DNA from: an uncultured Anaerolineales bacterium
Lineage (GTDB): Bacteria > Chloroflexota > Anaerolineae > B4-G1
DNA: 64,000 bases
Reading direction: 5' to 3'
Assembly: GCA_964385635.1 (NCBI GenBank)
Contig: CAYLPU010000011.1
Coordinates: forward strand, 133 to 64,132
Each line of letters opens with the position of its first letter. Within the stretch, counting starts at the first letter, position 1. Under the pieces are notes generated by a model. It saw only the letters and a list, made by a program, of their open reading frames with translations. It was not told the origin of the DNA and did not search any database. Below are positions 34,699 to 45,608 of the stretch, piece by piece. A program made the position numbers and the translations under genes.

Positions 34699-35610
34699 AT
34701 GGCTACCGGGATTGCCCGATCAATCAGAGACAGTTTGACGCGCACGCGCAACGCCGTCTTTAGCCACATCGCGGAGCTGCTGGGGGCCAGCCAGGTGACG
34801 GCTGCCACCTGGGACGAACTGGAGGAATTGTTGATCCAGGCCGACGTGGGCGTGGAGACGACGCTCTATCTGGTCGAGCGGCTGCGGAAGCGCACCCGTG
34901 ACGAGGCGATTCTACAGGCCGGCACGTTCCAGACGGTGTTGCGGGAAGATCTGCGGGCGCTGCTGCCCGACTCACCACCGCTCAACCTGGGAGGCCGGTC
35001 GCTGGACGTGGTGCTCATCGCCGGCGTGAATGGGTCGGGAAAAACGACGAGCATCGCCAAACTGGCTCATCGCTACCAGAGGCAGGGCCGGCGGGTGCTG
35101 CTGGCGGCAGCCGACACGTTTCGTGCCGCAGCGATGGATCAACTGGGAATATGGGCGGAGCGGGCGGGCGTGGACATCGTCACCGGTCCAGAGGGTGGGG
35201 ATCCGGGTGCGGTCGTCTTTGATGCATTGCAGGCTGCGCGAGCGCGGGGGATGGATATGGTGATCGCCGACACTGCCGGGCGGCTGCACACGCAATACAA
35301 CCTGATGGCTGAGTTGCGAAAAGTGTGGAGGGTGGCGGCGAAGAACGCCGAGGGTGCACCGCACGAGACGCTACTGGTGGTCGATGCCACCACTGGGCAG
35401 AATGCGCTATCGCAGGCGCGGCACTTTCAGGAGGCGGTGGAGGTGACTGGCGTCGTGCTGGCCAAGTTGGATAGCACGGCCAGAGGCGGGATGGTCTTCG
35501 CCATTGCCCGCGAATTGGGGCTACCGGTACGCTTCGTTGGTACTGGAGAGAAGATAGAAGACTTGACTCCGTTCGACGCTGATGCGTTTGTGGAGGGGCT
35601 GTTGGGGTAG
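34699..35610 (+). CDS. ftsY: Signal recognition particle receptor FtsY
   Basis: [22 protein letters not shown] and [11 protein letters not shown] (SRP GTPase motifs). Confidence 0.95.
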   Translation: MATGIARSIRDSLTRTRNAVFSHIAELLGASQVTAATWDELEELLIQADVGVETTLYLVERLRKRTRDEAILQAGTFQTVLREDLRALLPDSPPLNLGGRSLDVVLIAGVNGSGKTTSIAKLAHRYQRQGRRVLLAAADTFRAAAMDQLGIWAERAGVDIVTGPEGGDPGAVVFDALQAARARGMDMVIADTAGRLHTQYNLMAELRKVWRVAAKNAEGAPHETLLVVDATTGQNALSQARHFQEAVEVTGVVLAKLDSTARGGMVFAIARELGLPVRFVGTGEKIEDLTPFDADAFVEGLLG

Positions 35611-35651
35611 GAGGTAGAGAATCCTGCCGTCATCAAAGCAAGGAGAGCAGC

Positions 35652-36759
35652 ATGAAAGAGATTTATAGCCATCTAACGGCTTTGAGCACTAAATTGGAAC
35701 ACATTCGGAGGCGTCTTTGACCTGGCCTCCAAGGAGCAGGAGGTCGTTCAACTGGAGAAACGCATCAGTGCTCCGGGCTTTTGGGACGACCCCGATACGG
35801 CTCAGTTGGTGATGCGTCGTCTCTCAGGCCTGCAAGAAGAAGTGGCGCGTTGGAGCGCGCTGGGGCAGCGGGTGCAGGATGCGCTGGAACTTTCCGCGCT
35901 GGAGGACGAAAGCCTGGGCGATGAACTGGCCGCCGAGGCGAAGGCGCTGGAACAGGAAGTAGAGCGGCTGGAATTCCGCCTTCTCTTCTCCGATCCCCAC
36001 GACCGAGGCGATGCCATCTTGGCCATCCACGCTGGCGCTGGTGGCACTGATGCCCAGGACTTCTCCGAAATGCTACTGCGCATGTACCTGCGTTGGGCTG
36101 AGGCGCGCGGATACCAGGCCAATCTGGTGGATCGGCTGCACGGTGAGGAGGCGGGTATCAAACGAGTTACCATCACCGTCTCCGGTCCCTATGCCTGCGG
36201 TTACCTACGTGCCGAGAGGGGCGTGCACCGTCTGGTGCGCCTTTCCCCATTCGATGCGGCCCATCGCCGCCATACGTCCTTCGCGCTGGTTGAGGTCTGG
36301 CCCGACATTGGCGACGATGTCTCAGTGACGATTAATCCGAACGATTTGCAGATCGATACTTTCTGTGCCTCATCGGCCGGCGGACAGCATATGCAGAAAA
36401 ATGAGACGGCGGTGCGCATCACCCATACCCCTACCGGCGTCGTTGTCTCCTGCCAGAACGAGCGCTCGCAGACCCAGAATCGGGAGACGGCGCTGCGTGT
36501 GTTGCGGGGACGGCTGCTCCAACTGGAGGAGGAGAAGCGGCACGCGGAGATCGCTAAATTGAAGGGGGAGCACGTGGACGCTGGTTGGGGCAACCAGATC
36601 CGCTCTTACGTGCTGCACCCCTATCAGATGGTCAAGGACCATCGCACTGACCACGAAACTGGCAACATCCAGGCGGTGCTTGATGGACGGCTGGATGGGT
36701 TTATGGAAGCCTATCTGCGGTTTATGATAGGGACTGGGGAATCAGACAACGAGCACTAG
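35652..36759 (+). CDS. prfB: Peptide chain release factor 2 (requires programmed +1 frameshift at 35718)
   Basis: ATG 35652 opens a 22-codon frame ending CTT TGA C (35715-35721). The +1 frame continues [24 protein letters not shown]... into track ORF 35806..36759, which has the SPF and GGQ motifs. Confidence 0.9.
35707..35721 (+). promoter_or_regulatory. prfB autoregulatory +1 frameshift site (internal SD GGAGG, 3 nt, CTT TGA C)
   Basis: GGAGG at 35707-35711, spacer CGT, CTT at 35715-35717, TGA at 35718-35720 and C at 35721. The architecture matches the E. coli prfB site. Confidence 0.85.
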
Positions 36760-36774
36760 AACAGGAGGCGAGGC

Positions 36775-38079
36775 GTGAGCAGCAAGAGGGTTAAGAAGGG
36801 GCGTTCAATCCCTGAGGAGAAACGCCCGGCGACAAAGTCGAAGAAAACGTCAGTGGCGGCGGGATCGAGGAAAACACCAGCAGGGCCGAAGTCAAGGAAA
36901 ACGTCAACGGTGACGAAATCGAGGAAAACGTCAGTGTCAACGAGGCCGAGGAAGGCACCGGCGACACCGAGATCGAGGACGACACCAGCAACCGCCCGCT
37001 CTACCACCAGGGCGCGGAGAACAGGAGTGAGCCGGCCTGTGGCGGCGGGAACATTGAGCGAAGAAACCCGTGCCAATCTGGACACACTTCAAGGCCAGTT
37101 GAGCGGGCTGCAGAGATCGCTATTGTTGACTAGCGCCCAAAACAGGATGGCGGACATCGAAACAACCCTTTCGCTGCTCCCGACCGAGATTGAGGAACTG
37201 CGCACCCAGGGCTACGTCTTCCGCAGTTTCCTGGAGAACAAGGTCAACGTGTTGGCTGAGCAGTGGGAGGAGGTGCAGGGCCGCGTGTCCCGGGAGGTGG
37301 GCCGGCGCACGCGGGAACTAGAGCGGGAGGCCGACGAGGCTGAGAGTGCGCTGCAGCAGGCGATGAGCGGCCGCGCTTCCCAGGTGGCCCGTGCTGAGGC
37401 CGCGATCAACACGCTGGAGCATAAGGCGAGAGCAGCGCAATCGGCGATCGACGCGATGTACAAGACTCTCGAGGAGAACGTGGACCAAAGTCACTCTCAG
37501 GTGGAGCAGATTCGCTGGCTACTTCATCAGGTGGATGAGGCCAGTTTCCAACTCTATCCAGCCGAGGATCCCGTGGCGGCCTGCCGGGCTCAGTACATGG
37601 AGACCAAGAAGAAAGGGCCAGAGGGAGTGCTCTACCTGACCGACGAGCGGCTGATCTTCGAGCAGAAAGAGGAGATTGCCACCAAGAAGATACTGTTCAT
37701 CACCACAGACAAGGAGACAGTCCAGGAATTCATCTTCGCAGTAACCATCAGGCAGATTGAGGAGGTCAAGGCTAGCGATAAGGGATTCATGGGGCGTAAG
37801 GAGATGTTCGAACTGCGCTTTGCCCCCGAGGCCGACCTGAGCGGTGCCACGCTTCGCTTGCTCGATGCTGAGAATGAGAAGTGGGCCGGGCTGATCGGCC
37901 GGGTCAAGTCAGGGGGAATCGCCAAGGAGCGCACGCGACCGAAGGACGAGGCTGTGGTGGAGGCCGCCCGCGCTGCGCCGACCAAGTGCCCCACCTGCGG
38001 TGCAACGCTTGATGTCGAGATCGTGCGCGGCATGCGAGAGATCACCTGTGAGTACTGTGGCACAGTGATTCGCTTGTAG
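36775..38079 (+). CDS. Hypothetical protein: basic 9-aa repeat N-terminus, coiled coil, PH/GRAM-like segment, C-terminal zinc ribbon
   Basis: GTG start. KSRKTS-type repeats, YLTDERLIFEQKEE and C-terminal CPTCGATL...CEYCG. Confidence 0.6.
   Translation: MSSKRVKKGRSIPEEKRPATKSKKTSVAAGSRKTPAGPKSRKTSTVTKSRKTSVSTRPRKAPATPRSRTTPATARSTTRARRTGVSRPVAAGTLSEETRANLDTLQGQLSGLQRSLLLTSAQNRMADIETTLSLLPTEIEELRTQGYVFRSFLENKVNVLAEQWEEVQGRVSREVGRRTRELEREADEAESALQQAMSGRASQVARAEAAINTLEHKARAAQSAIDAMYKTLEENVDQSHSQVEQIRWLLHQVDEASFQLYPAEDPVAACRAQYMETKKKGPEGVLYLTDERLIFEQKEEIATKKILFITTDKETVQEFIFAVTIRQIEEVKASDKGFMGRKEMFELRFAPEADLSGATLRLLDAENEKWAGLIGRVKSGGIAKERTRPKDEAVVEAARAAPTKCPTCGATLDVEIVRGMREITCEYCGTVIRL
36835..36996 (+). 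repeat. Six degenerate 27-nt (9-aa) tandem repeats encoding (K/R)(S/P)(R/K)KT(S/P)xxx
   Basis: Units KSKKTSVAA, GSRKTPAGP, KSRKTSTVT, KSRKTSVST, RPRKAPATP and RSRTTPATA, read in frame from 36835. Confidence 0.7.
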
Positions 38080-38141
38080 TTGCAGCCGGTAGTTGGCTTA
38101 GTACCCAATGATTGGCCAATTGCCAGCATGGGGAGGTAAGT

Positions 38142-38393
38142 ATGGAGAAGGAACTCATCGGCAAGGTGACCCACTGGTTCGGCAAGGTCGGCGTTGCTGG
38201 GGTCGAACTGACGGGCAAACTCGCTGTGGGTGACCGTATTCGCGTCTTGGGGCATACGACCGACTTCGAGCAGGAGGTCACTTCGATGCAGATTATGCAC
38301 CAGGACGTGGCTGAGGCTGGGCCTGGCGACGATGTAGGGATCAAAGTTAACTTCCGGGCGCGGCACGGTGATCGTGTCTACAAAGTGACGTAA
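38142..38393 (+). CDS. Small translation-elongation-factor-like beta-barrel protein (EF-Tu domain 2-like)
   Basis: ATG 38142 follows GGGGAGG. MEKELIGKVTHWFGKVGVAGVELTGKLAVGDRIRVLGHTTDFEQEVTSMQI...GDDVGIKV. Confidence 0.6.
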   Translation: MEKELIGKVTHWFGKVGVAGVELTGKLAVGDRIRVLGHTTDFEQEVTSMQIMHQDVAEAGPGDDVGIKVNFRARHGDRVYKVT

Positions 38394-38396
38394 CTC

Positions 38397-39914
38397 TTGA
38401 CCGACGTCCTGAGGCAAACCCGACGTACTATTGAGGAACATGGCCTGCTCGCGCCTGGTGATGGGGTGGTCGTCGCTGTCTCCGGCGGCCCGGATTCGCT
38501 CTGCCTGCTCCACGTCCTGCTGCGCCTGCGCGAAGAGTACGGCCTGCGGCTGCACGTGGCCCACTTGCACCATGGTGCGCGTGGGGCCGACGCCGACGCC
38601 GACGCTGGGTTTGTGGCGACATTCGCCGCCGAATGTGACTTGCCGGTCACGATTGAGAAGCGAGATGTGCCGGCGCTAGCCCGCACATACCGGCTAGCCT
38701 TCGAGGAGACAGCCCGGCGCGTGCGCTACGCGTTCCTGGCGCGAGTGGCGGGGGAGATCGGCGCACATAAGATCGCAGTAGGTCACAATGCCGACGACCA
38801 GGCTGAGACGGTGCTGATGCACTTGCTGAGAGGGGCGGGGCTGGCCGGATTGCGCGGCATGCTTCCTATCACTCCCATCACAGAGTACCGGTTGCTTGCT
38901 CCCTTCCTCCACCTCTCGTCCGGCCAACCGACTGATCAACCAAGCAACCAACCGACTATTCTCATCCGCCCTCTCTTGGACGTTCCTCGCTCCGAGATTG
39001 AGCGTTATTGCGCCGACTGCGGTCTCACGCCGCGCTTCGACCGGTCCAACCTGGACACCACCTACTTCCGCAACCGCCTTCGCCACGAGTTGCTGCCGCT
39101 GCTGGAGACTCATAACCCCAACATCCGCACACGGCTGTGCCACACTGCTGCTGTCGTCGCTGCTGACTACGAACTGCTGGTCCAACTGCGGGCGCAAGGT
39201 TGGGCCGAGGTAGTGCGTGAGGAACGGGAGACGGCCATCGTCTTCGATCGAACGGCCTGGCAGGCGTTGCCCGTGGCCCTACAGCGTGCCACACTGCGCC
39301 AGGCGGCCTACCGGTTGCGAAGATGCCTGCGCGACGTGGATTTTGTCCACGTGGAGAACGGACGGCGGGTGGGGCTGGTGGGGGAGACGGGCGCACAGGC
39401 CACGCTGCCGATGGGCCTGGTGCTCACCGTGGGCTACGATACGCTGACTATGGGCGACGCGGTCGACATCGGTCCCCTGCCTGACGAACCGCTGCTGTGG
39501 GGCGTCGAACCACTGCCGGTGCATTTGCCTGGCACGACGCTGCTCCCGCGGTCGGAGTGGGTGTTGCGGGCGGAGGTGATGGAGGAGTGGGACGTAGCCC
39601 AGATCGCCGCCATCACCGATCCCTGGATGGCCTACCTCAATGCGGACATGTTTGCAGACCCGCTGGTACTGCGGCCTCGTCGTCGAGGGGAGCGCTTTCG
39701 GCCACAGGGGATGGGGGGGCATAGCGTCAAGTTGAGCGCGCTGATGATCAATCTGAAGATTCCCCGCGCCTGGCGTGACCGTGTCCCGCTGCTCGCGGCG
39801 GGCGATGAGATCGTGTGGATATGCGGCCGGCGCATTGGTGAGAGGGTCACCGTCGGGCCGGAGACCCGACAGGTGGCGAGGCTGTGGTTTGAACGCGCAG
39901 AACGTGAAGTGTGA
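38397..39914 (+). CDS. tilS: tRNA(Ile)-lysidine synthetase
   Basis: TTG start. VVVAVSGGPDSLCLLHVL PP-loop. HLHHG. Confidence 0.9.
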   Translation: MTDVLRQTRRTIEEHGLLAPGDGVVVAVSGGPDSLCLLHVLLRLREEYGLRLHVAHLHHGARGADADADAGFVATFAAECDLPVTIEKRDVPALARTYRLAFEETARRVRYAFLARVAGEIGAHKIAVGHNADDQAETVLMHLLRGAGLAGLRGMLPITPITEYRLLAPFLHLSSGQPTDQPSNQPTILIRPLLDVPRSEIERYCADCGLTPRFDRSNLDTTYFRNRLRHELLPLLETHNPNIRTRLCHTAAVVAADYELLVQLRAQGWAEVVREERETAIVFDRTAWQALPVALQRATLRQAAYRLRRCLRDVDFVHVENGRRVGLVGETGAQATLPMGLVLTVGYDTLTMGDAVDIGPLPDEPLLWGVEPLPVHLPGTTLLPRSEWVLRAEVMEEWDVAQIAAITDPWMAYLNADMFADPLVLRPRRRGERFRPQGMGGHSVKLSALMINLKIPRAWRDRVPLLAAGDEIVWICGRRIGERVTVGPETRQVARLWFERAEREV

Positions 39915-39935
39915 AACGCGAGGGGAGGAAGTAGT

Positions 39936-40997
39936 ATGTTAAGCGACGGGGGTATGCTGAGCGATAAAGCACGTGCGACCCTGTTCTGGTTTACCATCAG
40001 TATGGTAGTACTCGTTGCGATAGTGGCGGTCATCACCATCCTGCGGGCGTGCGGGGGAGCCATATCGCCAGCGGAACCCTCTCTGGTGATCGACCCTGGG
40101 GAGATCAGTCTGTGCGTCGGTGAGCAATACAGGTTCACCGTCGAGGATGGCGTGGAGGTCGTGTGGGATGCCACAGGGGGCACCATCAGTGAGAGCGGTC
40201 TCTTCACTGCCAGCGATGACCCAGGCGACCACACTATCACGGCTACTCGGCGTGACTCGCGCCGGATGGCTGAAGCCGTCGTGCACGTCGTCGCCTGCAC
40301 TCCGATGCCCACGCTCACACCATTCCCCACCCCGATGCCCACGTCTATCCCGACTGCCACACCGATGCCGGAGGTCGATGTCTCCACATCTGTTGACTCC
40401 CAGGGTGATGTGAGTATCTACGAGAGCGGTGCCCCGATCGAAGCGGTTCCTGCCGGCGCGGACATCCGCGCCGCCAGCGTGGGCGCTGACTTGCGGGTGG
40501 CGCTTCAGCCCATCGAAGATGTGCCAGCGGAACTGGCTGACTGGGCCGCCGAGGGAGAGGTGCTGCTGTGGATCGCCCTCTACGAACCGATCCCCGACTC
40601 GCCGACGGTGTACACGGAATGGCTCTTCGTGCTTGATCTGGACGGTGACATCGGGACTGGCCGACCGGTGGACTCGGCGCGTGTCAACCCCGACTTAGGG
40701 GTAGAGGCAGCCGTCGGTATATACTACGATCCTGACAGCGGGGAATACGTGTCCTACGTCCTGGTGTGGGACCCGGCGCAGGGGGGGCTGGTATCGGAGC
40801 CTGGCAGGCCCCGCTTTATTCTAGACGAGTCGCGTATGCTGGTTGGGCTGGCTTTCCCGCTGGATACGCTTGCCCAAGCGGTGGCGCGGACCACTGGCGT
40901 GACCATCGTGCCCGAGGCGGTGAGGGGCCGAGCGGCAGTGCTTTCCTACGCGGGGGAGCAAAAGGTGGTAGACTTCTACCCCGACCGGCCCGATTAA
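39936..40997 (+). CDS. Membrane-anchored hypothetical protein with Ig-like (Big_2-like) domain
   Basis: RBS GGGGAGGAAG, a TM helix FWFTISMVVLVAIVAVITIL, and ISLCVGEQYRFTVEDGVEVVWDATGGTISESGLFTA. Confidence 0.6.
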   Translation: MLSDGGMLSDKARATLFWFTISMVVLVAIVAVITILRACGGAISPAEPSLVIDPGEISLCVGEQYRFTVEDGVEVVWDATGGTISESGLFTASDDPGDHTITATRRDSRRMAEAVVHVVACTPMPTLTPFPTPMPTSIPTATPMPEVDVSTSVDSQGDVSIYESGAPIEAVPAGADIRAASVGADLRVALQPIEDVPAELADWAAEGEVLLWIALYEPIPDSPTVYTEWLFVLDLDGDIGTGRPVDSARVNPDLGVEAAVGIYYDPDSGEYVSYVLVWDPAQGGLVSEPGRPRFILDESRMLVGLAFPLDTLAQAVARTTGVTIVPEAVRGRAAVLSYAGEQKVVDFYPDRPD

Positions 40998-41102
40998 CTC
41001 ACTCGTTATGTAAGGAGCGAGCCCATGGGACTGTATGGAGATTGACCAGCGAGAGACGGAGATCGAGGCGACAAAAGCAGGGGAGGCTGACCAGAAGTAG
41101 CG

Positions 41103-42308
41103 CTAGGTCAACACCCCTGCGATGCGCTCCAACATCCAGTCCAGTTCCTCTTTCGTGATAACCAGTGGTGGTGCCAGACGGATGACCGTCCCATGGGTGT
41201 CTTTGGCCAGCACCCCCCGTTCTTTCAGCGCCTCGCAGAAGCGTCGGGCTCCCCCGGCCTTTGGCTTGAGCACGATGCCGGCCAAGAGTCCCTTGCCCCG
41301 GTAGAGTGCCACGTGGGGGCTCTGGATCTCCCGCAGGCGGGCCATCAGATACTCCCCCAGTTCGGCTGCGCGCTCGCAGAGGTGCTCATCCACAATGACC
41401 TTGAGCGCCTCCCGCGCTACTACGCAGGCCAGCGGGCTACCCCCGAATGTCGAGCCGTGATCACCTGGCTCGAAGACGCCCAGTACTTCCCGTGAGGCCA
41501 GCACCGCTGAGACCGGATACATACCACCTGAGATTGTTTTGCCCAACATCACCGCGTCCGGCCGTACTCCTTCGTGCTCGCAGGCCAGGAGTTTGCCGGT
41601 GCGTCCCAGCCCACTCTGGATCTCGTCGGCGAGCATCAGTACGTTGTGGTGGGTGCAGATCTCTCGCGCGCGCCGGATGTACCCCTCCGGTGGAATGACG
41701 ACGCCGCCTTCGCCCTGAATGGGTTCGAACAGGAAGGCCACCGTGTTGGGTGTGATCGCCCGTTCCAGGGCGCCAGCGTCGCCGTAGGGGATCAGTTTGA
41801 AGCCGGGCGTGAAGGGGCCGAAGTCATCGCGGTAATGCTCATTCGACGAGAAAGTGACGATTGTGATCGTACGCCCGTGGAAGTTGCCGGCGCAGGCGAT
41901 GATCTCGGCCTGATCATCCGGCACCCCCTTGACCCTGTAGCCCCACCTGCGGGCTGCCTTTAGTGCTGTCTCTACCGCTTCCGCGCCGGAGTTCATCGGT
42001 AGCATCATCTCGTAGCCGATCAACTCGCAGAGTTCCTTCGCCAGCAATGGAAGCTGATCGTTGCGGAAAGCCCGCGAAGTTAGAGCCAGTCTCTGAGCCT
42101 GCTCAATCATCGCCCGCACGATGCGTGGGTGACAGTGGCCCTGGTTGATCGCTGAGTAAGCCGAGAGGCAATCCAGGTACCTGCGTCCCTCCACGTCCCA
42201 GACCCAGACTCCCTCCCCACGTGTGATGACAACGTCGAGAGGTCGATAGTTATGGGCGTTGTACTGATCCTCCATGGCGATGTAGTCCTGTGTGCTCCAT
42301 GTGTTCAT
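41103..42308 (-). CDS. rocD: Ornithine--oxo-acid aminotransferase
   Basis: ATG 42308 follows [54 protein letters not shown] and the class-III PLP fold. The track start at 42440 is over-extended. Confidence 0.85.
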   Translation of the reverse strand: MNTWSTQDYIAMEDQYNAHNYRPLDVVITRGEGVWVWDVEGRRYLDCLSAYSAINQGHCHPRIVRAMIEQAQRLALTSRAFRNDQLPLLAKELCELIGYEMMLPMNSGAEAVETALKAARRWGYRVKGVPDDQAEIIACAGNFHGRTITIVTFSSNEHYRDDFGPFTPGFKLIPYGDAGALERAITPNTVAFLFEPIQGEGGVVIPPEGYIRRAREICTHHNVLMLADEIQSGLGRTGKLLACEHEGVRPDAVMLGKTISGGMYPVSAVLASREVLGVFEPGDHGSTFGGSPLACVVAREALKVIVDEHLCERAAELGEYLMARLREIQSPHVALYRGKGLLAGIVLKPKAGGARRFCEALKERGVLAKDTHGTVIRLAPPLVITKEELDWMLERIAGVLT

Positions 42309-42448
42309 CTTCCGCTCCTTGTGTGAGGATGGTGTGTGTGCAGTTGTCGGGTAGTATGTTACCACGATGTGTGAGTTAGTGCAACAGCCTTCGCATGTTT
42401 GGCCTCTACCGACATCGGTGGTATAATCGCACCTACGCAAAGGAGAAG

Positions 42449-43399
42449 ATGATGATACTGATCACCGGCGCCACGGGTTTCGTGGGGCGGGCCGTAGTGT
42501 GTCGATTGGCTATTGATCAACGCGAGGTGCGTTGTCTGTTGCGCCCATCTCAGCGCGAGCAGCGGTTGGCCACAGGCATTCCCTTTTCCACCGTCTCAGC
42601 CAGTATGAGTGATCTACCTGCCTTGCGCACGGCAATGCAAGACGTGACGGCGGTTGTTCACCTGACGGGGGAGGAGGACCTTGATTATGGGGAAACGCTG
42701 CGTAGCCATGTTGAAGACACGGCTAACCTGATCACGGCGGCGCATGAGGCGGGTGTGCGCCGCTTTATCTACTTGAGTCGCCTGGGGGCTGATCGTGCTT
42801 CTGCCTACCCACTCTTCCGCGCCAGGGGGGAGGCAGGGGGCTCAGTGCGTGAGAGCGGATTGGATTACACTATCCTCCAGGTATCTGTCACGTATGGCCC
42901 CGAGGATACTTTCATTAACGTACTGGTGATGCTGGCCAAGGCGATTCCCTTCGTACTGCCCATCCCTGACATAGGGCTATCTCGCTTTCAGCCGCTGTGG
43001 GTCGTGGACCTGGCAGAGTGCATCGTGGCTGCGCTGGACCGGGACGATCTGATCGGGCAGACCGTCACCCTCGGAGGGTCGGAGCATTTCACCTTCGAGC
43101 AGATGGTGGCACAGGTATTGGCGGCGGCTGGAATGCGCAGGCGGTTGGTGCACGTGCCCATGCCCCTGATGCAAGGCGTGATAACGCTGTTCGATGCGTT
43201 GCTGCCGCGCAATCCTACACCTTTCTGGTGGCTTGATCTTCTCACTGTGGGCAGTGCGACGGAATTGGGGGCCATCCCGCGCAGTTTTGGCTTTGAGCCC
43301 GCTCGCTTTACTCAATCCCTCGATTACTTGCGTCGCAAGCGCCCGTGGCGGCGTGACTTGGTACGCTTTGTCTGTCAGCGGTTAGCGGATGGCGGTTAG
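42449..43399 (+). CDS. NAD(P)H-binding SDR/NmrA-like (complex I NDUFA9-like) protein
   Basis: ATG 42449 follows [26 protein letters not shown] Rossmann motif. Confidence 0.8.
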   Translation: MMILITGATGFVGRAVVCRLAIDQREVRCLLRPSQREQRLATGIPFSTVSASMSDLPALRTAMQDVTAVVHLTGEEDLDYGETLRSHVEDTANLITAAHEAGVRRFIYLSRLGADRASAYPLFRARGEAGGSVRESGLDYTILQVSVTYGPEDTFINVLVMLAKAIPFVLPIPDIGLSRFQPLWVVDLAECIVAALDRDDLIGQTVTLGGSEHFTFEQMVAQVLAAAGMRRRLVHVPMPLMQGVITLFDALLPRNPTPFWWLDLLTVGSATELGAIPRSFGFEPARFTQSLDYLRRKRPWRRDLVRFVCQRLADGG

Positions 43400-43575
43400 C
43401 CACCAACAGCGGCCAACGGATAACGGGCGCTGGACAAATCCTCCAGAATCGTGTATCATTCTGCCGTTCTGTCCTCAGCCTGTTTTTCGCGCTTTTCTGG
43501 GTAGAATGGAAGCCGGAACTCGTGGCTGAAGGGGAGCCATGCGCGGGGTAGAGTGACTAGCGAGAGGGAGACTGA

Positions 43576-44580
43576 ATGCTGGGGCATCAACTAGGAATTG
43601 ACCTGGGCACGGTGAATGTGTTGGTGTACGTGCGGGGGCGAGGGGTCGTTTTGCAGGAGCCTTCGGTCGTCGCCATCTCGTCTGACGAATACAAGATTGT
43701 GGCTGTTGGCGAGGAAGCCGAGGCGATGCTCGGCCGCACGCCGGACGTGATGGAGGTGATGCGCCCGATGCGTGATGGTGTCATCGCGGACTACCGGGTG
43801 ACTCAACGCATGCTGGAGTACTTCATCCGCAAGGCCTGCGGACACTTCAACCTGTTCAAACCACGGGTGATGATCAGTGTACCCTATGGGGTGACGAGCG
43901 TGGAGAAACGGGCGGTGCGCGAGGCTGCGTTGGAGGCAGGCGCTGGCCGGGCGCACCTGATCCCGGAACCGCTGGCTGGGGCATTCGGCGCGGGCCTGCC
44001 GGTGGGCACACCTTCTGGCAACATGGTCGTGAACCTGGGAGGTGGGACGACGGAGTCCGCTGTCGTGGCGGTGAACGGTATTGTGATTGCTGGCTCGGTC
44101 CGTGTGGCTGGCCTGCGCATGGATGAGGCCATCGCCGCCTATGTTCGTCGTAAGTACAATCTGATGATCGGGCAGCCGACGGCGGAGGAGGTCAAAGTTC
44201 GCATCGGCGCGGCGCTGCCGCTGGAGGATGAGATGCGTATGGAGGTGCAGGGCCGCGACCAGGTCGCTGGGTTACCCCGCACGATTACTATCAGTTCCGA
44301 GGAGGTGACCGAAGCGCTCGCGGAACCTCTCTCGGCAGTGATCAGCGTGATTAAGTCGGTGCTGGAGAAGACGCCGCCGGAATTATCGTCGGACATCATT
44401 GACCGTGGCATGGTGCTGATCGGCGGTGGTGCACTGTTGCGGAAAGTGGACGAATTGATCACACGTGAGACGGGAGTGCCGGCTTACGTGGCCGATGCTC
44501 CCATCGCCTGCGTGGCGCTGGGGGCAGGGCGGGCCTTGGAGCAGTACGAGATTCTCCGGCGCAGTGTGCCCGGACTATAG
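43576..44580 (+). CDS. mreB: Rod shape-determining protein MreB
   Basis: [13 protein letters not shown]...[12 protein letters not shown]...NLGGGTTE; actin-like ATPase. Confidence 0.95.
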   Translation: MLGHQLGIDLGTVNVLVYVRGRGVVLQEPSVVAISSDEYKIVAVGEEAEAMLGRTPDVMEVMRPMRDGVIADYRVTQRMLEYFIRKACGHFNLFKPRVMISVPYGVTSVEKRAVREAALEAGAGRAHLIPEPLAGAFGAGLPVGTPSGNMVVNLGGGTTESAVVAVNGIVIAGSVRVAGLRMDEAIAAYVRRKYNLMIGQPTAEEVKVRIGAALPLEDEMRMEVQGRDQVAGLPRTITISSEEVTEALAEPLSAVISVIKSVLEKTPPELSSDIIDRGMVLIGGGALLRKVDELITRETGVPAYVADAPIACVALGAGRALEQYEILRRSVPGL

Positions 44581-44602
44581 CAAAAAGACAGTTGGGGAGA
44601 TG

Positions 44603-44642
44603 AAAGACGCAGGGGAATCCCGGCGTCTTTTTTGTTCTTTTC
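44603..44642 (+). terminator. Rho-independent terminator after mreB
   Basis: AAAGACGC at 44603-44610 pairs with GCGTCTTT at 44623-44630, with an inner GGG/CCC extension. TTTTGTTCTTTT follows. Confidence 0.6.
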
Positions 44643-45608
44643 TCAGCCGAGCACTGTCCCTTCAATAACTGCGCCTGCCTCGACGGTCACACCGCGCAAA
44701 GTCACGGCTTGGCGTAACGTGGCACCCGTGCCGATACAGGAGCCTGTCTCGAGATAGACCTCCGGCCCTACGCGGCAGCCGGGACCGAGTTCAACCCCCG
44801 CCTCGATGCGCACTGGCGGGAGGAGACTTCCGTCACCTGGCACACTGGCCTCAATGGTGGCGCAGTCGGGATCGTGGTGTAGGAAGTATCGGTTGAGTGC
44901 CAGTAGATCCTCAGGGCGGGTCAAGGTCATTCGCTCTCGCACCAGCAGCCCTTCTACCCTGTTGCCATCCTCGATCAACAGTCGCAGTGCGTCGGGGAAT
45001 TCCCGCTCGCCTCGGGGAGAGGCGGGGACGTACGGCAGGTAGTCCAGCACGTGGGTGGAGAGAGCGTAGAGCGCCGGAACGCCCAGATCGGAGGGGGCCT
45101 CTTCGGGGCGCGGTTTCTCGACGATGCGCGTCACTCGTCCGTGCTGCATGGCGACGACGGCGAGGGTGGGGATCTGTTCGGGCCGCACCTGTATCAGTGT
45201 GAGTGCTGCGTCCAATCCGCTCTCGCGCCTTCGAGCGACCAGTGCAGCGACGTGCCCTTTGGGGTAGAGGTTGTCGCAGGAAGCGAGGATGAGATCGGAT
45301 GCGCCATCCTCCCGGATGAAGGGGGCCGTACACTCGAGAGCGTGGGCCATACCCAGTCTCTGCTCCTGGTAGGCCAGCCGTACCCGACTGGCCCACGCCG
45401 GCTGGTTGAAACATCTGATGAGGGCGTGGTCGTCGGGGTGTACGACGACGATGAAGCGGTCGGCGCCACCCTGTACCAGCATCTCCATCACTCGCTCAAT
45501 CATTGGCTTGCCAGCGATTGGCAACATGGCCTTGGAGCGATTGTCGGTGAGGGGACGCAGCCGCTTGCCGCGCCCCGCGGCCAGCACGACTCCCAGGAGA
45601 TGCGGCAT
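44643..45608 (-). CDS. Sugar-phosphate nucleotidyltransferase with C-terminal left-handed beta-helix
   Basis: ATG 45608 overlaps the upstream TGA by 1 nt. MPHLLGVVLAAGRGKRLRPLTDNRSKAMLP. The track start at 45671 is over-extended. Confidence 0.85.
   Translation of the reverse strand: MPHLLGVVLAAGRGKRLRPLTDNRSKAMLPIAGKPMIERVMEMLVQGGADRFIVVVHPDDHALIRCFNQPAWASRVRLAYQEQRLGMAHALECTAPFIREDGASDLILASCDNLYPKGHVAALVARRRESGLDAALTLIQVRPEQIPTLAVVAMQHGRVTRIVEKPRPEEAPSDLGVPALYALSTHVLDYLPYVPASPRGEREFPDALRLLIEDGNRVEGLLVRERMTLTRPEDLLALNRYFLHHDPDCATIEASVPGDGSLLPPVRIEAGVELGPGCRVGPEVYLETGSCIGTGATLRQAVTLRGVTVEAGAVIEGTVLG

Noticed and set aside
35718-35720. The in-frame TGA near the 5' end of prfB as a pseudogene lesion or Sec codon.
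   Set aside because: The CTT TGA C context with GGAGG 3 nt upstream is the well-known RF2 programmed +1 frameshift.
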